Shown here: positions 12,701-23,792 of the stretch, piece by piece
Position numbering within the stretch: position 1 is the first letter of the stretch
How the letters are laid out: the number at the start of each line of letters is the position of its first letter
Source of the DNA: Mizuhopecten yessoensis
Taxonomy: Eukaryota
DNA length: 64,000 nt
NCBI RefSeq assembly: GCF_002113885.1
Contig: NW_018485984.1
Span: forward strand, 1,398,919-1,462,918
Reading direction: 5' to 3'
The notes under the pieces: model-generated
Seen by the model: the letters and a program-made list of their open reading frames with translations, nothing else
Told to the model about the DNA's origin: nothing
Database searches by the model: none
Program-made: the position numbers and the translations under genes

Positions 12701-15700
12701 TATTACAATTAGGTGACAAGACATTTTCGCAGTTGCTTTGTACCCAACTTCTGTTTATTATCATATTACTTTGATATGTATATATATAGCTAATCATGTA
12801 TTTTATTAATAAACATACCTATTGTTATGATGCTCTCATTTTTGTCTTGTTATATTATTTCTATATAGCTAATAATAACTTCATTGACGAACATCCATGT
12901 TTACCTGCAACGAGATTACAGTAAATTATCAATATCTGATGAAACGGTTGAATCAGACGCCATTCTATGGAGTTAAGTATTCTGTTTCAATATCATAGAG
13001 CAAGGAATACAGTATTGAAAAAGAAAATAATTGCCGACTATGAATACCTGGGAAACGTGATGATAATATGGCGAAAATAGTCTGTATCATTTTAGCATTT
13101 AAAAGAACAATGGCATTCATTTCATCGATGTAACAAACAAATCAATAAGGCATTGGGTACAATATTTACAGCATCACACATATGTTATATCCTGTAACTG
13201 TTACATGCCCTGAATAAACTAAAACCTACAGCAAAGCAATTGCGACTTTGTAATGCATAATCGATATCTAGTTGATATTTTTATTCTAATACAATTTTAA
13301 GGCGCGTTTCAGAGCATAGTTCTTCAAGAGACTATGAAATAACGCCAAACATCAAGAGATCAGATATTAGTATGCAACATGCAACATTATAGAAACATGC
13401 ATCCACATATCTATCCCCTACATACAATATATACACCTTATATTCCATATCACTTGTAAATCCTCGACTTTAAGGTATATAATCGCATCGAGTTTTCACA
13501 ACATTCATTCTTTAAGTCCATTTTTTAGTCGTTATGTGAATATTTCTTTATCACAACAAAAACATCAAGGTACTTTTGGGGGACCGTACTATCCCCTGTG
13601 ACGACGGTATCCATTAAAACAGGTGTTCCGTTCCTAAAGAAAGCATTCCCTAATTGACGTTGTCGGGAGGAGGTGCGGCGCTCGCTGTTCGGTACTGGAC
13701 CAGAATTCTCCTGGGATCCAATACACGCGATCGCCACATATACGCCCTAATGCAGTGGAGGCTAAACACACTCATCGTGAACTCGCTAAGTGGGATCGCT
13801 CCTGACCCAGCTTTTATGTTCGATTCTAAATAAACACATCAATTGTTAAATGATGCCTTTATGTTTTTCTTGTTTTATTATATCATACTCGTTTAAATCT
13901 AAATATAAGCATTCTCTGTGTTACCCTGCCGACGAATAGTTTGCTTCCAGTTTCTGCTGTTGGGTTTGTTTTCTGTTCGTATCGCCTTTATTTCCGATAT
14001 TGTCGTTGTGGGTTGACAATGTTTGAATTTCGTTTTATATTTTTCAAATTTACTACACTCACACTGTACCATCATTTTTTATTTTTTTTTTAAATCATAC
14101 GACAAAGAAATGACCTTATTTTCTCTGAACTATTTTCACAGATTTTAAAACATCTTGTAAGTTGTACTTGATATCTTGTTCAAATTTCCATAACTTGGAC
14201 CACCATATAGAGGGTGACTACGCAAATTTAATCAAGTAAAATTGTACACAGGCCTAAGGAATTTATTTTCAATTAACATGGCGAAAAACAAGGAATTAAA
14301 ATAGACACGAAAGCAATATTGATGTTAATGACGTTAATTATTAGACCCTGTAAAAAGTACAATGTACAGTTTGTCTGTAACGGTAAGCGCTTTCCCCTCA
14401 CTGACGACATTTGCAATGTAAATCTACGTCAAATCCAAATAATGTCAACCTCTCAAATTAAGAACCGCGTTACAGACAAAGACATCTCAATGAGCATAAC
14501 GAAAGAAGTCAAACATTAAAACTGTTCTTGTCGAAATAATTCATAATGGCGACTGTAAACCTTGTCCATAGTCTCCACGAAACTGTATCTATCAAAACAT
14601 CATTTTGGAAATCTGTTCATCAGCATTCCACATGTACAATGGGAGTCATGCTATTCGTAGGAAGATTTTGAATGTCGAATCAAAAGCGACATGAAACATC
14701 CTAGTTTTCATTAACGGACTTGTTTTGTAGATAACCGATACATTCTTGTCGCACTTTGCGACAAACTGTACAAAATATAATGCGTGTATTAATAAGGTAA
14801 GATTTCCTAAGAACAAAATAAAAATGTTACTGCAACGTTGTAACAATGATGAAACAATAACCACCAAAATGATAGCAGAGTCATAGGTAATTATCAGGAC
14901 ATTGTATATTGCTACGACATTATATAAAGTGAATGCAGTGTGTTGGACATTATATCAAAAGCACATGAGTTGCTAACTTTATCCATCTTTTCATATTTAT
15001 ACCAAGCCACACTTTAGTGACGGCAATACAACATGATATATACGAGATGAAAACCATAAAGCAGAACACAATAGATTCGTTTGGATTGAATTTCTTTGGA
15101 GTGATCGTGTTTTCCTGCTCGGTCGGACACAAAACGGGAACAATATACGAATATCCGTATTAAATGAAATATAAGTAGTTTATTGTCCATCTACTTTTCG
15201 TAATCTGATTCGGTATACAAAAAAAAAAAAAAAAACCTTGAAGAAAAATAAAGCAGTGAATGATCATATCTATCGATGAAGCATTGTTCATGCAATGGAA
15301 TGTCCATCGTGGCTGATATTGATCCATGACTTGGAGTTTGACCATCAAATAACCATTCCGGGACATTAGCCTCAGTATTTCCCATCGTTTTATATATGAT
15401 CAATCGAATATGCATCATAAAAGAATCGTTGTTTGCCACCGACTCCTATCATATTTCTGTACTTTAATGACGGACGTGAACTAATACGAGTGAGGACTAT
15501 AAATCTGAAATGAATACTGCAGGTCTAACGAAGTACACTTTTTTTAATTCAAATGTTATGTAAAACATAATTAGAAACATGTACTCCTTTTGGAAAAGGT
15601 TTGTCATAGAAATATGCATTCTTTTCAGATTACGTTTTTCCTATCTATATTGTTAACGACCAAATATACATTACCAGTAAGTATAAACGAGGTACACTAA

Positions 15701-17179
15701 CTACATGTAAATAGATATTATATTTTCTATGAAACGGAAATGATTACAGAAAAAACTTTGGAAATCTTAAATCAAATCCGAATCTAATGTTACAACATAA
15801 AATTGTCTTAAGTTGTATTTTTGTATAGTTTAAGCTTTTACAATGCATTGTTCTTACTAGCTGCATTCCTTCTTTTTAATTTATTATATTATTGCATGGT
15901 CGCCAGATCATAAGTAAATAAACACTGTACGAATAAACAATTATGCCTAATATATTCATTCATGTGTTTCTCTTAAAGTACGTGTGTATTCGAGTCATTT
16001 TCATTCCTCTATATTATTACTATAAAACCATACAAAACATAAAAGAGTGATTATTCAGTATTAAATAGCTATAAATAAGTATTCAATAAATAATAAAGAA
16101 AACACAATCGGGCAAGCCATACTATGGATTAGGGGTCAGCTATACACAATACTGGACATCATTGTTTGACATATATGGTATGTTAACCAAAAGTTGATGA
16201 CCAGTAACCGCCAATAAAGTCATCCATCTAGCATAGGTAGAGAACTGTCTTTCAGCCTATCATCCACGCACTACTCCTGTCAATCAAATCGAGACACTAC
16301 GACGACCTGCCAAAGACCAAGTTAGGGAACAAAGGCGATTTAGACACGGACTAATTAATCACAGGTAGACCGCTAGGTATTCTTATAGTTTGAGTTCATG
16401 AGAAAGTGCCAGGACCAAGGTTCCAATGCACAATGACCGAGCACATCTTCGTCGGTTGTGTTTTGTGAAAAGTACGAGACACTTACCTGACAGGTGTGCT
16501 GATTACGGACAGGACCGGGCACTGGTCATCCCCTCCGGCAACGTGTGAACAAATTTGTACAATTTGTCAGTCGTTGATGTGCATGATAGATGCTTCAGTG
16601 CGGACGATCGATCAATCGAGATACAAGGCTTAACAATGAATTCGAATTAGTACTGTACAGGTGCACACGTTAGGAGTACAGTGTATGGAACCGGGGGGGG
16701 ACACGATGGTAACATTATCTCGCAAAAAATATTGCTTAAAGCCAATTAGTTTAAATGCTTCAACATTAATCTGGATCATTAACTGTTTCAAATGAAACCA
16801 ATCGCACTTCTTCTGGAGATAGATGAATGGTGCAATTTCCACACTACTTAAATGGGTGACATTTAGTGTATATCGTATTTTAGAAAGAAAAATCACGTTT
16901 TTTTTATTGCTTTTTGTTTATGGTAAATTTCTATTCTATTTAATTGTATATACTGTACAGGATCTATAATTGGAGGTATCATTTTTCATATTAGAGGTTT
17001 TGTTATCAAAACTAGTTCAAATATCGTTATAGTCATAACTTTTTATAGGGATTCGTAACGGTTGATCGGAGACATCAGATGGGAATAAAAACTTACCACT
17101 GCAACAAATGCCGTTATTATAAAACATCCATGCTGGGTGTTACATATATGTATGTATAAAGGGGGTGACAATTCAGTAA

Positions 17180-17491
17180 TGGTTCACCAACAGGACCGAT
17201 GGCCTTTCTCCCGATAACCTGCGATGTCCATCTGACTTTGATGACCCAGTCTGTAACTTTATGAACGATAAAGTACAACCGCATGGTTTTGACCATTGGA
17301 CGCTGAATCGCAAAAAGGGTTTGGCGCTTTCTGAATAATTGAAAGAGAAATCGGATATTACATTGAACACAAAGGAAATATAAAAGGAACCATACGGGAG
17401 TTGACATGTATTCACTACGTGGCAGCCATCACAACTACAAATGGACGTTACTCAAGGGTCTCTTTCATCTTCCACTTGTATATATATATTT
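17180..17491 (+). pseudogene. Possible decayed MAM-domain-like coding fragment
   Basis: Manual translation from 17180 gives WFTNRTDGLSPDNLRCPSDFDDPVCNFMNDKVQPHGFDHWTLNRKKG, resembling the MAM start (CDFE..C.W.QD..DDFDW). Later come SDITLNT and, after a frameshift, RVSFIFHLY before a GTAAGC donor. Stops interrupt it, and the resemblance was judged by eye only. Confidence 0.33.
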
Positions 17492-19099
17492 GTAAGCGTC
17501 AATCCTTCCATATCTGGTACTTTACGTAGCATTTCGTATGCCATTTCCACTTTTATTTCAATATGAAAACAATAATGAAAAAAATCGTCCGTGCTAAACA
17601 ATTGGGAACTTAAACAGGCATGTTTAATGTGGCGGTTTGTTATATTGAAATAAAATCAGAAATTAACGAAATCGATGTCCACCTGATCTTGAAGGTTCTT
17701 TTTTTATTTAAGTTTTTTTTATTTGCAAATTAATTGTTATTGCAAAATCTTACCTTTAGTTTAATAATAAGATAATGTGACAATTTTATGTAACTAAAAG
17801 CCTCTACGTTTACTGAAAATTCCATTTCGTTTCTTTCATTTCACTCACAGTTTGAGTAATTACTCAAGTGTACCAACGGAAACTTGATGCGGAAACAAGC
17901 TTAGAGCTTAGAGCTTTTATTTATTCATTTTTTTTCATATCAAAATTACTAAATTGAGATGGACAGCACGTAAGCATTATGTTGACCAAAGATTTTTTGG
18001 TTTGAGAACTACATATATAAGATAAATCGAAATGCGTAATCGTTGCGATCAGACCATGCATTGTATATAAGGTGTGTGTGTAAGGGATTGGGGGCGGGGG
18101 GGCGCGAGTGTGCATGGTGATTGCCAGGGACAACAGGTTAAAGAAATAAGGAGAGTAATTCATCTTTAAACAATTCAAATTCACAAATTACATTATGGAG
18201 CATTTTCAAAAACAACTCATGCACATTTTTTTATATTATCTCAAGAGATGTAACATGTATATAATCTAAAATGTTTTATAGCTATGATAAAGTGTTGAAT
18301 ACAGGCAACATTTGCTAGCATTCTACATGCGAGAGATTTCCATCCCCAAAGAGGATTTTTCAGTATGGTCATCATGAGTTATTGGGTTTATGTAAGTTAC
18401 TCGGGGGTTACCACAAAGAGGGCATCACACTAGCTAGTGGAAGTTTGTTTCATTTGTACATCAATCAACCCTTTTGAGTAAGCATAACTATTCAGAGATA
18501 TACATTCCATTCTAAGCATCGTATGGTGATTTGACCATATCTACTTTCACGGGGAAAATATGATTGAACTTTACTAGACTGTCAATATAGTATCACTAAC
18601 GTTTACGATGGATCATCTGTATTTTTGATAGGAAATAATTTAGTTATTATTGGAAATATTTGTCTTTACAATTAGCATCAGTTTGCATTCTTTTGGCCTG
18701 TTTATAGTAAGATTTATGTATATCAGATCACTATTGCATTAAATTTGACACGCGACGTCACCCATCACACCTGATTATGAAGAAGAGTTACTTACCTAAA
18801 ATGCGATCAGGTAAACATGCCGTGTCATTGAAGATAACAAATATATACTAATGTTACTGTTCTAATAAAGTTTTAAAAGTTAAATTGGTAATATTTAACT
18901 AGTGTGTAGTGAGTAATGGCTGAATTACGAAATAAAAACAATTCGCATACTTGTTTTTCCATTCGGTAGAGTGTAATTTGGTTTTATCAGAAATTCAGTA
19001 CGGAACTTTATAGAACTGGGTTGTCATGGACATGGTAATGATATGGTAGATGGGGTCAAAATATAATTGGGCCTCCAATATATAAAATCAAGTCTAAGA

Positions 19100-20700
19100 T
19101 GAGTAATGGGTTGACTACGTCTATCCCGCGTTGTTACCTTTCCCTGTTGTCACAGTACATAGGATACAGGGCAGCAGTGGGGGTATTTTCCCATCCACAA
19201 CGGGCTAGTGGCTTCGCCTGGACATGTAAAAAAAACTCTACCCGGAATCATAGTGTAGTGTCGGATGGCCCTGAATAAACAATCGGGCGTGCAGACAGTT
19301 CATGTGTAAATACCGCTGCATTACAGTAAAATGGCCGCCAATTTTACAATGGCAGTAACGTAACACTCCATTCTGATGCAAATCAGTCAATATGGATCGT
19401 GTTTGAAGTATGATAAAGCCGACAACCAGCGCCCACCCCGTCACCCGCGCTGCAATTGTCGCCATTCAAACCCCATCCTCCATTGTTTATACTTGACATC
19501 AGCATCGCTCAAGCGTGGCTTGGAAACAAAATACTGGCGTTTGACGTCTGTAAATATTAATGAAAATAATACCAAAGTTTATTTCCCGAGTCCCATTCAA
19601 CGCGTGTTTTATAAAAAATGGTTTATGGCAACAGAATGCGTCCGTAAATAGGATTCGGAGGTCGAGCTTTAATCGTTCCCCTGTGGACAATGTCGTCCGT
19701 ATCAGTGAGGATGGCTTGTCGATGAAATGTAGATTTAAGTTATTAGGCAAATATGAATTTACTTGGTAGTCTACGGACGTAACTGGCCATACCATGCATA
19801 AGACAACATCCCTGACTATAAAAGAGAGCCCCGTGGGATCTGTAGCGTCTTGTCGTTATTCCGCTGTAAATAGCGGTATCGCCAGCTTCAGTGTCTCGTA
19901 GGGATGATAAAGGACGAACGCAAAATCATACAATGACTTCTCCTCTCGACAAGGGGTTTCCCTGGAATCCATATCGCCTGCGCATGCGTCTGGGAATACT
20001 CGTGTAGTATCATGAGAGCTAGAACGCACATGAGAATAGGAGATAAAAGCTACGACATGTCTTTTCCGAGAAAATGCATGATGATGAAATACATTGCAAT
20101 ACATTTTTCAAAAGAAGTCAGGCTAAAATGAAATAGTCATTTTTCACATCTCATGATTTTTCCCATTATGAGCATTGCATGGGGCAGACGATGTCAATTT
20201 TGGGTCTGATAGCATCGACTACTGATCGGTGCTTGCGCAACTGCAGCGTGTGGTATTGATCCCGTGAAACTTGGGCAGACCCGTCCGGGCCGGTTAGTAA
20301 CCGGCATGACTTGCTTCCCTCCACGCTTGGAACAAAACAAAAATGACAAATTGTCGAATTTCATTTAACGTGGTGATCAATGCTTTGATCAATGTGCCCC
20401 ATAAGTCACCCAGCTTCCACTTACTTGACAAATTTGATTATAGAATTGATGTGGAATCCTAAGCAAGTGTGTAAAGCATTAGGCTAACCGGGCTTGACCA
20501 ATGGTCCTCCGGTCTTACCAAGACATACCATTGTCGGTTACGTGTTACCGTGATGATACTGGACAGCGAGTCCCTCCGTCGTCTGCCGTACACAATACGG
20601 CGTGCTGATGTTACGTAATTTACCATCAAATCGAAACATCAATTATAGGTAGGACTTCTCCATAGACTCTCGGACAACGTAAACATTAATCCTACATTCA
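19100..20700. promoter_or_regulatory. GC/CpG-richer single-copy island, candidate Hox-cluster enhancer or promoter
   Basis: CpG is visibly higher than in the flanks. Motifs: Cdx/Abd-B TTTATGGC (19622), Sox CATTGT (19481), TATAAAAG (19817-19824), TCF CTTTGATC (~20382), and palindrome GCCGGTTAGTAACCGGC (~20289-20305). Confidence 0.4.
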
Positions 20701-23144
20701 ACAGTGCCATCATCACCCCCTTATTTATGATGTAATGACTTATTATAGTTTGATAAACAAGAATGACATATGGATGAAAAGACACATGATATATAAACAT
20801 CAAACATGGTATTTAGATTACATGCGACACATCCATGTCCATTTAAATACTTGTCCCCACCAGCTGAAGCCGAGTGAGCAGAGGGTTTACAGATTTGTAT
20901 TGATTTCTTAAAAGATATACCAAGTAAAAATCATAATAAATGTAAAATATAGATAATTGTATAGAATATTTACTTATATCCCACTGAAGGTATGTGAAAG
21001 GTTAATTAACAAACTTCCAAAACGATCACTTTCAGCTGCACTACAATTTAATTACAAATACGTTGTTCTTTGTTGGTGTGATTTCCACTGGTACCGTTGT
21101 ATGTCCTTTAGACACTGCAATGGTGCCTTAGATTAGTTAATATTACTCCCTCGTAGACCATTTTAATGTACACCACGTGTTTAGTTACTGACGATGTCAT
21201 TTTATGTGGGGCGTTAACAGACTCTATCAACCTCTCCAACGTATCCTTACCCTGAAAAACACACTACATCATGTATAAGTATGACTCCCTTACAGACTGT
21301 TTCTCAGCTCTCGGTTAGCTTGTATAGATCATATAATTTAAGTAGGCTGTTAACGAACCATCTTGACAAATCTCAGCTGCATTGCCTCGCTCTAAACAAG
21401 TCTTTTATCATTTAAGTCAAATCCCAAATAGATTGTATGTCAGTAACCGTGGCTCTGAGTTGCGACTGTTTTCTTATATTAAGTGCATATTTTGTATTGT
21501 TATACATCATTTGATACAGAGATCTAAACCAATTAATTGCTACCTTAGGTGCAATCGTTCTCTAATTATTGTACCGACACTTCATCAAGCAAAAACAAAA
21601 TAAATCGGTTTTATATGTATCACATAGCGTCTTATGTGTGTTTGATATTCGCGCTGAGTCAAAATGCTTTTTTTTATGATTGAATTTTGTACTTGATATC
21701 TTTTTTGGTACCAAAGGGAGGTAATATAATGTCGGAAATTATGCACATTGCAAAAATAATTCCAAAGTGCATTGACGATAACCCGGAAGAAAAGCATTAA
21801 ACATCTATAACGACATGTTAAATCATTGAAAGAGTAGTCATTTCTGTTTTAACAATGTCAAAGTTACTTATCATTGGGGCGATTTCTTTTAGTAATTGCT
21901 TGTCCCAAATGAATGTACATTTTTCCGATTATCTGGTTAATCTATATATCAGTAAAGCGATGACATTGGTCTGTTAAACGTTTCAATACCAATGTTCTTA
22001 CCTTTGACTACAGAACAAATCACCTCTTTATAAAGTCAAAGGCAGAAACTCTTTTAACGAAAAATACAATTGGTAACTTGGTGCTAAGTTAACCGTCCAC
22101 AAATACATTGAAAAATAAAACAAGGAATGAGAGACAGCGAGAGTGTGTGTGTGTATTGCCATTGTGTATTGATATTAAACTTTGATTTATCATACCATAC
22201 CATGATTTGATGTATCAAACACAATCAAACAAAATGAGACTTTTGACAATCCGGTTATAAGGTGTATTCCGTTTTTTTAGTAATTGTGTTTTTATCGGTA
22301 ATTGGAATTTGTTTTATCGTAAACACTTGTGTTAAATAAATCTGTAAGAGACTCCCATTTAAGAAAAATATATAGAATATCAGGCAGTCAGTTGATTGTG
22401 GTGTAACAATCAAAGCCGTGGTCTTTTGGTATAAAACTTGTAAATGAATTTCATTCAAAAGGATATAATGTTGTCTTAAAACAAAGAGCAATGTTGGTAC
22501 AAAATCAAAGTGAAAAACAACATTACGAACTCAAACGATGAATTTCTAGATGCTGATAACAAAAAGACAATCAGTGGAGTTGAGGAAATATCCTATTGTC
22601 GATTTCATACAATTTATGAAATAATTCTCTTAGTGGTTGTTGTTGTACATTACTGTTTTGAAATAGTTACACGTCTTATGATTTGTATGTTTAATGGATA
22701 TCGAGGTATTTGAAACAAATGTATTGACTAAGAAATAAAACATCAAACGATTTCCCCATTAATGTACAAAACAAAAAACTTTAAATTAATGGACAAGTAC
22801 AAAAATGTTTGTGACATTCGGCGTTGTCTTCAACCAGATGTGATAGACGGAGAACATTACCGTGTATATCTCGTAAAATTCTATGAAACTATTGGCTTTG
22901 AATATCATTGTCAGGGGAAGCCCTTCACAAAATACCTTTAAAAAAAACTACATCATTATCTTCCAATCTAACTAGCCGTGTAAACAGATAGTCGGGTAGC
23001 GCGAGATTGTTCAACTAGGGGTATGATGTTTCACGTTACATGGTAATAGTAGAAAAATCCAACATTTACGACGAAAAAGACGACATTTGGAAAGGGATGA
23101 ACTCTCATAAAATACAAATAGCACGANATTCCCGGACCAGCCCC

Positions 23145-23306
23145 TTTAAGGATTCCGGTCCCGCCGCACTGTATTTTCCTTATATACAGTAACCTTCCCT
23201 TTTGATACAACTGTTGTCCAGGTAGTTCAGCCGCTTAGAGCGATATAATAGCAATCTGAAGTCCGGGGTTCGAAACCCGGCCTACTCCCGCATTACTTTT
23301 TACACT
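23145..23306 (+). mobile_element. Repeat with internal tRNA-like module, copy C
   Basis: Reads TTTAAGGATTCCGGTCCCGCCGCACTGT...TATATACAGTAACCT...GGTAGTTCAGCCG (A-box-like)...GGGGTTCGAAACCCGG (B box/T arm)...TTTTTACACT. Confidence 0.7.
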
Positions 23307-23792
23307 CAGAATACAGTTATTGTTGAATCTCAAGTCATTCCGACAAATAAACAGTTTATAATGCGTAGGTAAAGTTTAACCAGTGGTACGGTGATCATTG
23401 AAATAAGGAACAGAATAATTGTTTGTTTCCAACCTCAAATCTTTGTCTCATCCCAGCATTTCGTTTAAGTTAAAAGGGCCAATTTTACTTCAAACGATTT
23501 CATATAAAACAATAATTGCCATTGCGCTGAAACATGATATGTCAACGGTTCCTAAGATTACATAATATATCGGGAAACTGATTGCTTGACGTCATCGGGA
23601 TCCTCTAACAAAGGGGACGCATGGAATGATTTTGTCCACAATATTGTCATTAATGGGGTCATTTATTTGACGCTGCATTCCACAGTCAATAGCAAAATGC
23701 ACAGAAACAGCAACAAATTAAGTGTTTAAAAAACAATCCAAATGCGAAACCATACGTTCCAGAGCGATGAGCGTGTTTTGCACCAAGTAACC

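Noticed and set aside
23215-23290. Functional tRNA gene (also 7330-7400 and 9530-9605)
   Set aside because: A/B boxes are present, but I could not form intact acceptor and anticodon stems, and the three copies diverge like decayed repeats.
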